A stretch of 64,000 bases of DNA from the human T2T-CHM13v2.0 reference genome, Homo sapiens (GCA_009914755.4 CP068257.2:20640001-20704000); one strand, 5' to 3'; shown: positions 14,171 to 29,616, counted from the first letter of the stretch. A program made the numbers and translations. Notes: a model not told the origin generated them from the sequence alone.

Positions 14171-16374
14171 AAATATTTTCAATATCACAGAAGCAGTTTT
14201 TATGCTCACAGAGTCTCAACCTTAAACCATAACTCCATTTTAAAAGAGAATATTTGTTTTAAATTTCAGTAGATAAAAGGTACAGTAAGTGATTGCATAA
14301 AGAAGAAAGTTATAAAAGGTGAATTCAACTCTTTACAATCTTAAAACCAGAATAGGTCTTACAGCTTTAACAGCAAAATTAAGCATTTTCTCCATCTTTC
14401 TCTTTAGGTAAAAAAGTGCATTTTGGTAATGCTGATCTTCAAGAAATAATGTGTTTCTACTTTTCTATGCTATAGAGACTAAGGAAACACAAAAACGTAT
14501 TAGAATCAAAGTGTCAAGTAGAATTGCGCATGCTTTGGTCTTGAATATAAATTTGTATTTCCTCCCATCATAGACACATTTACAAAGACAAAGGAAGTCT
14601 TTGTATAACAGGAAATCTAACTCCTGTACTCTTAAAATTTTATGATTTTTGTCTTCAGATGTTAGAGAAAAATACAAAAAACAATTTTGTTGGATGTGGT
14701 TTTGTAGCCTTACTTAGATAGGTAGAACTAAATAACAGATTATGTTTATCTGTAAGTAGCAATATCTAGTTTGACTTTCCTAATCTTTTTTATTTGTTTT
14801 TAATTGGCAAATAAAAATTATATATATTTATATTATACACAATGATGTTTTCATATTTGTATGCATTGAGTAATGGCTAAATGAAGCTATTTAACATATG
14901 CATTAACTCATCTACCTAATATTTCAATTAAAATATCTCCAAGAAGAGAAAATGCACAAAATAATTAAGCAAAACTTTCTTGCATTTAATGAAATGCAAA
15001 AATTAATGAATTGCACTTAATGACGTGTGAAATTAATGAATAAAATGCTAGCCAGAAGTAGCCCATCATCCTGAACCAACAGTAGACCAATCAGTCCCAT
15101 TTCTTGAGCTAATTTCATTTTCTCAAGCTGTGTTACTGCTACACAAAGCAGTAGATATTGGAGATATCAATAAATCTGCTATTGTGTTTTTATTAAAACT
15201 CAAAACCCACAAGAATTTATGCTTTAGGAAATAAAATCTCCAACTCTTAGAAAACAGATTGATATGAACATTTGCTGTCTGAACATCAGAAAGATGGTAT
15301 GCCATTTAAAATTAGCTCTAAACAGTCTTCCACCCTAGGCTTGCATAATTATCATGAATTTTAATTTTGTTGTTGGTGGTGATCTAACTGCATGAAAATC
15401 ATCAGAGACTAATACTTGTCATACCCTTTCTCTTGACTTTGTGGCAAAAGTCTACTGACCTTGTCTTAAGAGCAGATGCAACTAAATTAGTGCAATCCTG
15501 CCAACTTAGTTTTATGGTATCTCAAACGTGATGGTTCCTCACACTGTACAGTCTACATTGCTCACTGGCACAGCATTGTCATAAGTAAACTTAACTCCAG
15601 TGGAATTCAATTACAATCTTCTTCACACATTTATATTTGATATTGCAATACTTAAAATACTGTTATAAAATTTATAACTGTTAGCCACTCTCTGAGAGCT
15701 ATTGAAGCACCAAACATATTGGACATCTAGAAAATCTGATTTTCCCATTTTTTAATAAATTAACAGATACTATCATATGACCAAAATGAGAAATTATTAG
15801 CTAAATACACAATAATGTGTCTCAACTCATAATAAGAACAATTATCAGACTTGTAACTTTGTTCATTTATGAGAGATTCCTCAAAATCAACAGATAATAT
15901 GTATTTTGGGGTAAATAAGGATTTCGGAATGCTTTTAAAAGAAGGAATCTCTTTACTTCAACAAGAAGCACAACCAAGAATATTTAGCAGACTAAAAAAC
16001 TGTAAAGCTATTAACACTTCCAAAGAAAGTGGCTAATATGAAGAAAATCATTGGGCAGTTGCAGGGAGTTAACATGGAGAATAAGAAAATACCTTAGTTG
16101 ATTATTATGTCAAATAGGCATCTCTCACTGAAGTCCTAGCTTCTACACTACCTTAAAACTACACATTTTCAAAATTTCAAAGAAGCTGTGGAAAGTCAGC
16201 AACAGTTCCAGAATATAAAAATTAATGGAAAAATATCTAAATACGAGTTACAAAACAAACCTCTAACAATTTCAGGATGGCCATGTGATCATGCCAGATG
16301 ATCTCAAAGAGAAATCTTCAAACAATTTACAGGAATTTATCCATCACAGCCAGGTTACAGTAATGACCTGTGTA

Positions 16375-16532
16375 GGTGATGAGGGATAAAAGACTACACA
16401 TTGGATACAGTATACACTGCTTGGGTGACAGGTGCACCAAAATCTCAGAAATCAGCACTAAAGAACTTATTCATGTAACAAAACACTACGTGTTCCCCAA
16501 AGACCTATTAAAATAGAAAATAAATTTTTTTG
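16375..16532 (+). mobile_element. L1 3'UTR terminal fragment
   Basis: …agactacacattggatacagtatacactgcttgggtgacaggtgcaccaaaatctcagaaatcagcactaaagaacttattcatgtaac… is the typical L1P 3' end. Confidence 0.75.
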
Positions 16533-16873
<341 letters not shown>

Positions 16874-17240
16874 TCAGAAGCATGCCTCATATGTCACTAG
16901 CATAATCCTGATAAAATTATCAAGGCAAAATTTGAACAAGAGCCCAAGGGAGCCTCATGGTTTTGAAGACTTCTGAGTGGACTTCATACCACTGCAGCTT
17001 GCAAAGGTTTTAAATATGGTGTGGTTAATATTTACTTATTCATATTTTTTGTAAAATTTAGCTTGGAAAGTGACTACAGGAGAGATGACACATATTTGGA
17101 AGTTGTTTCTCTTTTGCAAATTTTACAGTGAAGGCTCAGTGGATTTTCTGATTCAGACCTATAACCACCCTAGTCACAAATATTCATGCCTCATACCTGA
17201 CCATGATTACAAACGATGCTAAAAACCACAGAATAATATA

Positions 17241-17315
17241 TTCGGTTGGTGCAAAAGTAATTGCTTTTGCCATTACAAAAAAGGCAAAGTCACAATTACT
17301 TTTGCACCAGCCTAA
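17241..17315. mobile_element. MADE1 (Hsmar1-derived mariner MITE)
   Basis: ttcggttggtgcaaaagtaattgc…aattacttttgcaccagcctaa is a palindrome matching the MADE1 consensus. It is flanked by a TA dinucleotide on both sides. Confidence 0.85.
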
Positions 17316-17399
17316 TACAACAGCCTCACGGGAGCATTCTGCTTAAAATCATTTGGTGACCCACCAAAGATTGTATTCGAATTGAGACACACATTTTTA

Positions 17400-19058
17400 A
17401 AAAATCTGGCTCCAGGAATGAATAAAGCTCATTCTACCTAGAAGATACTCATGGGATAGATGCAAATTGTTGTAATAAAGACAAAGAATTAAGCTGAGAT
17501 TTGAACAACCCATCATAAAAGCTAATGCAAAACTTGGAATTTAGGCTTAGCTGGAAGATTGTTTGCAAGACCAAAAAGCTCAACATTATCTAGAAGACTC
17601 TGATAAGATTCACTGACTATACAACATAACACTCATGCTCTCCAGGATAAAATCCAAAATTACTCAACATTAAACAAACAAGCAAAACAAACAGAAAATA
17701 TGACCAAGTCTCAAGGAAAAACATAATTAGATACTACCCTTGAGATGATAAAGTTACTGAAATTATCTAGCAAAGACTTTAAAGTTCTTAAAAATTATGA
17801 AACTATGATAACTCTGAGGTAAAATCAAACACACTTGATATTAATATTAAGTATGAATCTCCAAGAAATGTAATCTTTAAAAAACAAAATAAGAATTTTG
17901 AAACTGACCACTACAATATCTGATCTAAAATTTCACTGGGTGAGCTCAATAGGAGAGTAGATGTGACACAAGCAAGAGTTAGTGAACCTGAAGATAGATC
18001 AATAGAAACTGTGAAATATAAAGAACAGAAAAAAGTAACAGAGTTCAGGAACATGTGAGAAAATACCAAAAAGTTGACTGAATATATCATAGGAATTTAG
18101 AAAAAGGAGGAGGAAGATTAGAGAAGAAAAAATATTTGAAAGAATAACAGTCTAAATCTTTCCAAATTTGTTGAAAGACATAAATTTACAAATTCAAGTT
18201 ACTCAGGAAAACACAAAATGTATAAACTCAAACAACATTATACCTAGAGACATCATAATGAAACTAATGAAACCAAAGTTTAAGAAAGTATCTTGAAAAC
18301 AGCTAGTGAAGGATTTCACAGTATTTACAATGGAACAAATTATAATTACCACAAATTTATTTTCAAAACCATGGAGGCCAGAGAATAATGGAACACCTTT
18401 AACATGCAGACAGAAATCAACTGCATATCAAAAATATTTATCCAGTGATACTTCATAGCAGGAATAAAAACAATGTAAAAATAAAGATATTCTGAGATTA
18501 ATAGAGACAAAAATATATATCAATAGTGGAACTTTCTCTAAAGTAAATGATGCAATTGAATCTGTAGGTTGAAAGAAAGTGATACAAAAAGAACTTATAT
18601 CATTAAGAATGAGAGAACAGCAATAAAAAATGTCAAATATCTGGGATAGCATAAAGAGCATTTTTTCCTCTAAAGTTCTAAACTTTGTAAGATTTTAAAA
18701 GCAAAACTTATTATCCGGTGTGGTTTTCAATGTACATAGGGAAAATACATATGATAATTATGCCATAAAATACAGGATTGAGTATACAGGGATTGAGTTG
18801 GATTTATATTATTAGTGTATGTATTTTATCTTTAACGTGAAGTGGTAAAATAGTAATTCTAATAGGCTGTGAAAAATTAGGCATGTATATTATAATTTCT
18901 GTTATACTCACAAAAATAAAATACCAAATGGCATAGTCAAAAGTCAATTAAAAATTAGGATTGAAATAAATATACATATATATGTATGTGCGTGTGTCTA
19001 TATATACATATATGTCTGTGTGTGCATGTGTGGACATGTGTGCACACACATATGTATA
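17400..19058 (+). mobile_element. Old L1 (L1M-type) 5' part: ORF1 and inter-ORF region. It continues after the Tigger1 insertion
   Basis: The translation matches L1 ORF1 (…FPNLLKDINLQIQVTQENTKCINSNNIIPRDIIMKLMKPKFKKV…KDFTVFTMEQ…PWRPENNGTPLTCRQ…), with stops. The start coordinate is approximate. Confidence 0.6.
18970..19058. repeat. Complex (TA)/(TG) simple repeat
   Basis: Direct reading of the sequence. Confidence 0.85.
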
Positions 19059-19511
19059 CAGGAATACCATGGAGATATTGCGGATTTGATTCCAGACCAC
19101 TGTATTAAAGTGAATATCACAATAAGTCACACAAATATTTTCGTTTCCTAGTACATACAAAAGTTATGTTTACACTATACTGTAGTTGATTAAGTGTGCA
19201 ATAATATGATGTTTAAAAAACAAAGCACATACCTTAATTTAAAAATACTATTGCTTCAAAATGTCAATAGTCATCTGAGCCTTCAGTGAGTCATAATCTC
19301 TTTGCTGGTGGAGGGCCTTGCCTCCATGTAGATGGCTGTTGACTGATCTGCATGGTGGTTACTGAAGGTTGGGATTGGCTATAGCAATTTCTCAAAACAA
19401 GAAAACAATGAAAATTTCTGCATTGATTGACTCTTTCTTTAAAGAAAGATTTCTTTATAGCATTCTATGTTGTTTGATAGCATGTTATCCACAGTAGAAT
19501 TTCTTTCAAAA

Positions 19512-21700
19512 TAAGAGCCATCTATGACAAACCCACAGCAAACATCATGCTGAAGGGGCAAAAGTTGGGAGCATTCCCCTAGAAAACCAGCACAAGACAA
19601 GCATGTCCTCTTTCACTGCTCCTATTCAATGTAGTATTGAAAGTCCTGGTCAGAACAATCAGACAAGAGAAAGAAATAAAGGGCATCCAAATAGAAAGAG
19701 AGGAAGTCAAGCTATTCCTGTTTGCAGATGACATGATTATATATCTAGAAAACTCCATAATCTTAGCCCAAGTTGATACACAACTTCAGCCAAGTCTCAG
19801 GATACAAAATCAGTGTGCTAAAATCACGAGCATTCCTATACACAAACAAGAGTCAAGCTGAGAGCCAAATCAGAAATGCAATCCCATTCACAATTGCCAC
19901 AAAAAGAATAAAATACCTAGGAATACAGCAAACCAGGGAGGTGAAATATCTCTACAAGGAGAACTACAAAACACTGCTCAAATAAATTAAAGATTACACA
20001 AACAAATGAAAACACAGTCCATGCTCATGGATCAGAAGAATCAATATCATTAAAATGGCCATACTTCCCAAAGCAATTTGCAGATCAAATGCTATTTCTA
20101 TCAAACTATGAATGTCATTCTTCACAGAATTAGGAAAAAAACAAACTATATTGTAATGTATATGGAACTACAAAAGATCCCAAATAGCCAAGGCAATCCT
20201 AATCAAAAAGAACAAAGCTGTAGGCTTCACACTATCTAACTTCAAACTATACTACGGGGCTACAGTAACAAAAACAGCATCGTACTAGTACAAAAACAGA
20301 CACCTATACCAACGGAACAAAATAGAGATCACAGAAATAAGACAGCACACCTGCAACTATCCGATCTTTGACACAGCTGGCAAAAACAAGCAATGAGGAA
20401 AGGACTCCATGTATAAATAATGGTGCTGGGATAACAGGTTAGTCTTATGCAGAAAATAGAAACTGGACCCTTTCCTTACACCATGTACAAAAATCAATGC
20501 AAGATGTATTGAAGACTTAAAAGTAAAACCCAAAATTATAAAAACTCTGGAAGACAACCTAGGCAATACAATCTTGGATATAGTAATGGGCAAAGATTTC
20601 ATGACAGTCTCCAAAAGCAGTTGCAACAAAAGCAAAAATTCCCAATGGAATGTAATTAAACTAAAGAGTTTCTGCACAGCAAAAGAAGCTATCAATAGAG
20701 TAAACAGATAACCTAGAGAATGGGAGAAAATTTTAGCAAACTTCATCTAACAAAAGTCTAATAGCCAGCATCTATCAGGAACTTAAACAAATGTATAAGA
20801 AAAACAAACAACCCCATTAAAATATGAGCAAAGGACATGAACACTTTTCAAAAGAAAACATACGTGCAGCCAATGATCATATGAAAGAAAGCTCAACATC
20901 ACTGATCATTAGAGAAGTGAAAATCAAAACGACAATGAGATATCATCTCACACCAGCCAGAACGGCTACTATTAAAGAGTCAAAAAAATAAAGGATGCTG
21001 GCAAAATTCATGAGAAAAAGGAGTGCTTATACACTGTTGGTGGGAGTGTAAATCAGTTCAACCATTGTTGAAAGTAGCTTGGTGATTCCTTAAAAGCTAA
21101 AAACAGAACTACCATTCAACCCAGAATTCCATTACTGGGTATATACCCAAAATAATATAAATCGTTGGACTATAATTATACATGCATGTGTATGTTCATA
21201 ACAGCACTATTCATAACAGCAAAGACATGAAATCAACCTAAATGCCCATCAAAGGCAGATTGAGCAAAGCAAATATGGTAGATACACACCATGGAATGCT
21301 ATGCAGCCATAAAAATGAAAAAGATCATGTCCTTTCCAGAAACATGGATGAAGTTGGAGGCCATTATCCTTAGCGAACTAATGCAGGAACAAAAAACCAA
21401 ATGCTGCGTGTTCTCACTGATAAGTGGGAGCTAAATGATGAGAACAGCAGACACATAGAGGGGACAACAGACACTGGGGTCTACTGGAAGGTGGAGGGTG
21501 AGAGGAGGGAGAGGATCAGGAAAAATAACTAACAGGCACTAGGCTTAATACTTGGGTGACGAAATAATCTGTACGACAAACCCGCATGACAAGGGTTTAC
21601 TTATATAATAAGCCAGCACATGTAGCCCTGAGCTTAAAAGTTAAAAATATTAGAGACAATCAATTTACACTGTATCAAATTAAACTAAATTAAAATTAAA
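19512..21700 (+). mobile_element. 5'-truncated L1 (L1P/L1M-younger type) nested in Tigger1: ORF2 RT to C-terminus, 3'UTR and A-rich tail
   Basis: It starts at …aataagagccatctatgacaaacccacagcaaacatcatgctgaa… (ORF2) and contains [13 protein letters not shown]. It runs through …ccatggaatgctatgcagccataaaaatgaaaa… and the 3'UTR. Tigger1 sequence resumes at 21701 (ctttatcaacagagtttatg…). Confidence 0.85.
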
Positions 21701-22535
21701 CTTTATCAACAGAGTTTATGTCATATTGTAAGTACTGCGTTGTCAATTCAACAATGTTGTCACAGCATCTTCACTGAGAGAAGGTTCCATCTCAGTAGAC
21801 CACTTTCTTTGTTCATCCACAAGAAGCAACTACTCATTGTTCGGGCTTTATTATGAGATGGCAGCAATTCAGTCACTTTTTCAGGCTTCATTTCTGATTC
21901 TAGTTCTCTTGTTCTTTCCACCACATCTGTAGTTCATTTTTCCACTGAAGTATTAAACTCCTGAAGGCCATCCATGAAGCCTAGAATAAACTTCTTCCAA
22001 ACTCCTGTTCATGTCGGTATTTTGATCTTCTTCCATGATCACAAGTGTTCTTAACAACATCCAAAATGGTGAATTCTTTACAGAAGGTTTTCAACGTACT
22101 TTTCCCAGATCCATCAGAGGAACCACTGCACTACCTAAGGAAGTTTTAGCCTTATGAAATGTATTTCTTAAATAATAGGACTTGAAAGTAAAACTTACTC
22201 CTTGAATACGGGCTGCAGAATGGATCTCCTGTTAGCAAGTATGAAATTATTAATCTTCTTGTATATCTCCATCAGAGATCTTGAGTGACCAGATATAGTG
22301 AGCAGTGATATTTTGAAAGGAATTATTTTATTTTATTTTGAGCAGTAAGTCTTAACAGTGGGCTTAAAATATTCAGTAAGCCATTGTGTACCCAGATGTA
22401 CTGTCATCCAGGGTTTGTAGTTCCATTTATAAAACACAGAAAAAGTAGATTTAGCATAATTCTTAAGGGTCTTAAGATTTTTTCAGTGGTAAACGAGCAC
22501 TGGCTTCAACTTAAAGTCAGAAGCTGCAAAGTCCC

Positions 22536-22850
22536 CTACAAGAAAGTCAGCCTGTCTTTTGAAGCCAGGCATTGACTTTTTTTTCTAGCTATGATAGTTC
22601 TAGATGGCAACTTCTTCCAAGAGAAGGCTGTTTCATCTACACAGAAAAGCTGTTTTTCAGTGTAGCCATATTCACCAGTGACTTTAGCTAGATTTTCTGA
22701 ATAACTTGCTGCTGCTTCTAAATTAGCACTTGCTGCTTCCCCTTGCTCTTGTATGTTATAGAAATGGTTTCTTTCCCTAAACCCCATGAACCATCCTCTG
22801 CTAGCTTCAAACTTTTCTTCTGCAGCTTCCTTACCTCTCTCAGCCTTCAC
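22536..22850 (-). pseudogene. Tigger1 transposase remnant (CENP-B/pogo-like N-terminal HTH region)
   Basis: The 104-aa ORF GWFMGFRERNHFYNIQEQGEAASANLEAAASYSENLAKVTGEYGYTEKQLFCVDETAFSWKKLPSRTIIARKKSQCLASKDRLTFL is homologous to Tigger/pogo transposase. The flanking frames are broken. Confidence 0.75.
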
Positions 22851-24965
22851 AGACTTGAAAAGGGTTAGGACCTTGCTCTAGATTAGGTTTTAGCTAAAGG
22901 GAATGTTGTGGCAGGTTTCAGACCATTAAAACTATCCATATCAGTAATAAGGCTGTTTTGTTTTCTAGAAATTCACATGTTAACTTGAGTAGTACATTTA
23001 ATTTCCTTCAAGAACTTTTTTTTTGCATTCACAATTAGGCTAACTTGTGCAAGAAAGCTAGCTTTCAGCCTAGCTCCACTTTTGATAAGCATTACTCATT
23101 ACATTTAATTATTTCCAACTTTTGATTTAAAGTGAGAGATGTGTGCTGCTTCCTTTCCTTGAACAGTTAAAGGTCATTGTATGGTTATTAGTTGACCTAA
23201 GTCCAATGTTGTTGTTTGTCAGGGAATAAGGGGTCCAGGGAGAGAAAGAAAGAAGGGGGAATAGTCGATCAGTGGAGCAATCAGAACACACACAACATTT
23301 ATATATTAAGTTTACTATCTTATAATAGTGTGGCTGGTGGTGCCCCAAAATAATTATATTAGTAACAGCAGAAATTGCTAATCATAGATCACCATGACAA
23401 ATATAATAATGATGAAAATGTTTGAAATATTGTAAAAATTACCAAAATGTGACACAGAGACATGAAATGAACACGTTGATTGAAATATGGCACCAAAAGA
23501 CTTGCTCAATGCAAGGTTGCCACAACCTCCAATTGGTAAAAAATTCTGTATCTCCGGAGCACAATAAAGTAAAATACAATAAAATGAGGTATGATGTAAT
23601 ATATTTTAATTATAAAAATACAGAAAAGGGGAACAGAAGAACACATATAAAACAATAAGAACAAAAAATTACAAAGGTGACAAACAGAAAGAAAAAATCA
23701 AATGATGCACTTAAATCTAACCATATTAGTAATAGCATTAAGTATTAATGGCCTATAGATTCCAATTAAAATGAAGAAATTGACAGATTTGATCTTAAAA
23801 AAGAATGATTCAAATATATTCTGACCATAATAGGTACATTACAACAGAAATAAGCTGAAAGTACAAAATTAATATACGTATACCATCTGCTCAAGTGACA
23901 ATATAAAATTTATTAAATAAAATGATTTTCAAAATAAAGAGCATTAATAGAAAGGAAAATATATACTTCATGAAAATGAAAGGAACAATTGCTTAAAAAA
24001 CATAACCATTACAATTGTGGATATGTCTAGACCCAAAATACAGGAACAAAAATTGACATGATAAAAGAGAAAAACAGCCACTTCCACACCATACATAAGA
24101 GATTTTAATGTCTCTCTTTCAGCAATTGATTGAAAAATTATATGAAGAGTAACACAAAGGAGCAAACAACATTATCTTTCACTTTTCTATTCCAAAAAAG
24201 CAAAATACGTTTTTATCAAGGGCACATTGTGTATTTACTAAGGAAAACATATGCTAAGTTATAACAAAATCTCCATAAATTTAATGGATTGAAATCATAC
24301 AAAGTGTTCTTTGAAAATAAAGCACATAAACTGTGCTTATATAAGAAAATAGATAAATTCAGTAAACACACTCTCCATGTTAACAAATTAGATTTACAAA
24401 ATAGAAAATCAGATACAAAGTAAGTAGAAGTCAAGAAAAAATAAATAAGAGCAGAAATCTCTGAAATTAAATAGACAAAAGAGAACACTAGCAAAATCAA
24501 AACCAGTATATATGAAAGAAGTTTGCCAAACCTTTAGCTCAAATGATCAAGAAATAAGGAAAGAAAAAACAAATTGCAGGTTTCAGGAATAAAAAAGGGG
24601 GTTATAACAGAATCTGTAGACATTAAAAGATGAGCATATGTATTCTACCAAATTCAATAAAAGTATAAAAATAAAAAATTCAAATATATAATTTATCATA
24701 TTTGACATTAAATCTTAATAATGGAAAATAGATTATAATATTATTAAAAAGGTTTCAAAAACTCCACTACCTGCATGCTCAGATTATTTCAGTGATAAAT
24801 TCTAATGAATGTTACAGAAAAACATAATAATCAATTTAACACAAACTTTTTCCAAACACAAGAAAATGAGGGAGTACAACTCAATCTTTTTCTTTATGGC
24901 TAACATTACCCCAACATTAAGAACTTACAAAGATATTGCAAGAAGGAAAAGGAGGGGAAAGCATA

Positions 24966-24995
24966 GAGGAGGAGGAGGAGGAAGAAGAGAGAGGT
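24966..24995. repeat. (GGA)n / purine-rich simple repeat
   Basis: Direct reading of the sequence. It explains ORF 24809-24997. Confidence 0.9.
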
Positions 24996-25777
24996 AGAGA
25001 AAGATAAAGAGAATTACAAATCAATATATCTCAAAGATGGAATAATTATTCAGAAAATATTATCAAATTGAATTACTGAATCTAACAATATAGGTAGAGT
25101 GGATGATACAGCAAGACCAAGTAGTGTTTATTCCAGGACTGAAAAGTTGGTCTAACATTTGAAATAGAAGCAATGAAATTTACCATATTAACAAGAAAAA
25201 AGTTAATGAATTTCAACATACACAGATAAAAAAATTGAAAAATATGTTATACTCATTCAGGAAAAAATGCTCAATAAACTAGAATAGAAAGGGAATTTCC
25301 TCAACTTATTAAAGGGCATCTATTCTCCTAACATTATACTTCATGGCAGAGACAACTAATTTTCCCTTTGAGATCTTGAATAAAGGCAAGAATTCTCACT
25401 TTTACTAACACTTCTGTTTAATTTTAAGATCATACCATTTATAATAGGGCCAATGGCATACAAATCTAACAAAGAGATGTATAAAAACTATAATCTCAAT
25501 ACTGCAAAATATTGGAATTAAATACTACCTCAATAAGCAGACAGTTATACAATGCTTATAATATAGAAAAACTATGATCCAAATACTACAATATTGGAAT
25601 TAAATACTACCTCAGTAAGTAGAAAGTTATACAATGCTTATGAGATAAAATGTTCTATTTTTCTTAAGATAACAGATCTTCCCAAATTTACCTATAGATT
25701 CAATGCTACACCAATCAAACTCTAACAAGCTTTTTGGTGATTATTAACAAACTGATTATAAATTATAAATTAAATAT

Positions 25778-26128
25778 GCCAGGTGCAGTGGCTCATGCCT
25801 GTAATCTCAACACTTTGGGAGGCCAAAGCAGGTAGATCACCTGAGGTCAGGAGTTAGAGACTAGTCTGGCCAACATGGCAAAACCCCATCTCTACTGAAA
25901 ATACAAAATTTAGCTGGGCGTGGTGATGGGCGCCTGTAATCCTAGCTGCTCGGAGGCTGAGGAAGAAGAATAGCTTGAACATGGGAGGCAGAAGTTGCAG
26001 TGAGGTGAGATTGTGCCACTGCACTCCAGCTTAGGCAACAAGAGAGAAACTCTGTCTCAAATAAATTAATTGATTAATTAATTGTATTAATAATTATTAA
26101 TAATTATATTAATAATTATTTTATTATA
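25778..26128 (+). mobile_element. Alu SINE with a long AT-rich degenerate tail
   Basis: gccaggtgcagtggctcatgcctgtaatctcaacactttgggaggccaaagcagg… The tail is aataaattaattgattaattaattg…. Confidence 0.9.
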
Positions 26129-26958
26129 AAGAGGACCTAGACTAATCAAATCATTTTTTCAAGTTTGGAGAACTTGTTCTAACTATTATCAAGATTTACT
26201 ATAAATTTACAACTAATCAAGTTGGTTTGGCATTGGCTAAATATAAACATGTAGATCAGTAGAACAGAACAAAAATTCCACATCTCTGGTCACATACATG
26301 GTCAATTGATTTAAAACAAAGGTTCCAAAGCAATCAAACAGGGAAACATAAAATCAACAAAGGATACTGGATCAGCTGGATATCCATAAGAAAAGATGCC
26401 AGCATCATGTTTTAGCTCACACCACAGAGAAACATTGATTCAAAATGGATCATTGACCTAAATAAAAACTAAAACTATAAAATTTTTAGAGGCAGTTGGA
26501 GAAAATCTTTCTACCTTGGGGTAGGTTGAGATTTCTTAGAATATAAAATGCACAAACCATAATACAAAACAGAATGGTAAAATGGACTTCATCAAAATTA
26601 AAGTTTTACTTTTTTCCTTTTCTTTTTGTTATTTGTGTAAATTTAGGGGGTAAAAGTGCAATTTTGATACATGGACATGTAATATTTCATAGTGATGAAG
26701 TTTAGACTTTCATTGTATGCATCAGCTGACTCTTTTATTTAAAAAAAGGCAAGACATTGAGAAAAAATAGTGAGAATTTTCATATCAGACAGGTGTTCTG
26801 TATCCAGACTATTTTAAAAATACAATTTACTGATAGATGGATAACAACAACAAAAACTAAATACGACATAATTTTAAAAAAGACAAATGATTTGTAAATA
26901 TTTCACCAAAGTAGACATGTAAAAAGCAAATAACCACATTAAAATATGTTTAGCATCA

Positions 26959-27325
<367 letters not shown>

Positions 27326-29616
27326 CCCAAGTGTTGCCAAGTCTGTGCAGCAACCTAAATTCTCATGCACTTCTGGTAGGAATATGAAATGTATACCTAC
27401 TTCTAAGAAAAAACTTGACACTTTTTAAAATAATAATCATTCACCTATATGAACGTGACACTCCACTTCTATTATTCATCCTCCAAAAATATTAAAACAT
27501 ATATATTCACACAAAGCCTTGTACACAAAGGTTTATAACAGCTTCATATAATAGTTCCCAAATGGAAACAGCTGAAATGCAACAAGTGAATGGGTAAATT
27601 GTGGTATATTCATACAATGAATAATCACTCAGCAATAAAATAGAAGGAACTTTGATATATGAATCAATATGGATAATCCTTACTCTTATCGAAATCCTTA
27701 CTCTGAGTCAAAAAATCCAGGCAAGAATGCATACACAGTATATCCCATTTATATAAGTTTTTTAAAATGCAAAATACTTGGATGAAAGGTGGTCAGTAAC
27801 TAAGTTGTTGCCTGAAGATGGGCATAGAGGGAGCCTTGGATTAAGCAAGACAGTAGGACACTTTGGGTGGTAATGAAAATGTCGGTTTTCTTGATTATAA
27901 TGATGGCTTCAAGCACAGATACAGATATTAAAACCGGTAAATTTTTCAAATATGTGCAGTTTATTTTAATTAAATTATTCATCAATAGAGTTTAAGACAC
28001 AAACAACTGGATTCCACCAGAAAACTAAATATATTACCTTGTTAAATTGATGCCTAAGTGAAGCATAGCGCCTCATAGCAGAAAGGGTTAAATTTATTTC
28101 ATTAATCCTCTGTTTTGAAAAAGTGATCACTAGATAAGTTTGTTCAAAAAGAGACAAAAATAATAACAAAAACAACTAGGCTTTGACTGAAAATCCAGTG
28201 CCTTAAAAACTGTAGAGAATTTCTACACTGTTTCTTTCTTTTGTCCTTAAAGTTTATGCCACAATATACAAGAAGCTAAGAAAGTTGGACAAATGTAACA
28301 AGTTACGGTTCAGGGAATGACAGGGAAGATACCAATATCCCCAAATCCATAAAAGTCCTTGATTGAGAAGTTCATGGAAGTTGACAGGGGGTTTAAAACC
28401 ATGAAGCCTCAAATACAAGGTTGTCCTCACTAGATCAAATGTGTCTCATCTAAGGAGAAAATTATTGTACTTACATCATTAGAGGCATTTATGGAATGTT
28501 TAATATTACATGATCCAAGAAACAAACAAGGACATCAGAAAATTTAGGAAGTTTGGTGAATGCCTGCATATGAGGTTTTGTGATCTTCTGGGATTAAGGG
28601 TGGAGAATCTTCTCTTAGTTTAATGTGGGCACTTTGAGCTGAGTACTGGACTAAAAATTCTGATCACAGTCATTCTCTAAATATTAGTCTGTGTCAAAGA
28701 GTTCAAATGTGTGACTTCCAGACTCTTAAATGTTATTTCACCATCTGTGTCCTTTCAAGCGATTCAACAAAGAATTAAGCAACAGAAAGAATGAGAAAAC
28801 AGGCCACTAACAGAGAGAATGTAACACCACCAATGGCACATTAATACACAGCTTCAACAGCTCAACTCACTACCCCCTATGGCCCGGTTTATTATACAAG
28901 GAGAGGATTGAGGAGAGAGACCACCTGAATCTGCATAACTTAGCTATTTGCACTAAGATATTTTTGTCTAGGAAGTCAAGATAACAGAAGAATAAATAAT
29001 TTCACATTGCTTTAGAAAATCCTTGGAACCAATTTTTCTGAGTAAAAGGTTTTCTCATTTGGGCATGTTGCCTTGTCTGGGCAAAAGTTTACTTACCTAA
29101 ACAAAGAGTTTCCCTACAAGAAAAATCATTTGCTAATTAAAACTGGCTTTCATTATGCATTGAGTTTCTCCCTACTTTATTAAATATAGTATTTTTAAAA
29201 GAAAAGCTAAATCATCCAAAGTGATACATATATAGCAATGTGTAAGCTATATATGTTGTCCAAAGAATGTCATTCAAACCTGTTTCCTCCCTTGTACCTT
29301 CATTTCCACCAGATAAAAACCCAGCATGCTAAAAGGTTTTTTTTTTTTTTTTATTAATCTCAGGTAGTAGAAGATACATAGAGTCCATTTAATTTTTAAA
29401 ACACAGACCCAAAAAATGAGAATGTTTACCCAATGTGCTTATTTTACTTTAGTCCGTGATCAAAGGTGAGATTTCTCATTCACTTCACTCCCAGAAACAT
29501 GATGCTGTCACTTGCATTCAATGAAGAGAATATGGTCTTTCTTCCCCCTTTCTTGCTCACCACTTCCCTTACTCACTGTTTCATACTCTGCCAGAGTTTA
29601 AAGACGGTTGTAGGGG

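Larger units (their letters stand above)
19059..23596 (-). mobile_element. Tigger1 (pogo/Tc1-mariner superfamily) DNA transposon with the transposase encoded on the minus strand. It is interrupted by a nested L1
   Basis: The left end caggaataccatggagatattgcgg…cagaccactg… and the right end …ctccggagcacaataaagtaaaatacaataaaatgaggtatg match the Tigger1 termini. A TA dinucleotide flanks both ends. Internal sequence on both sides of the L1 is collinear with the Tigger1 consensus as I remember it. The transposase remnant is ORF 22536-22850. Confidence 0.8.

Noticed and set aside
20357-20746. 129-aa minus-strand ORF
   Set aside because: It is the antisense strand of the nested L1 ORF2 region. It has no homology and shows typical AT-rich random ORF composition.
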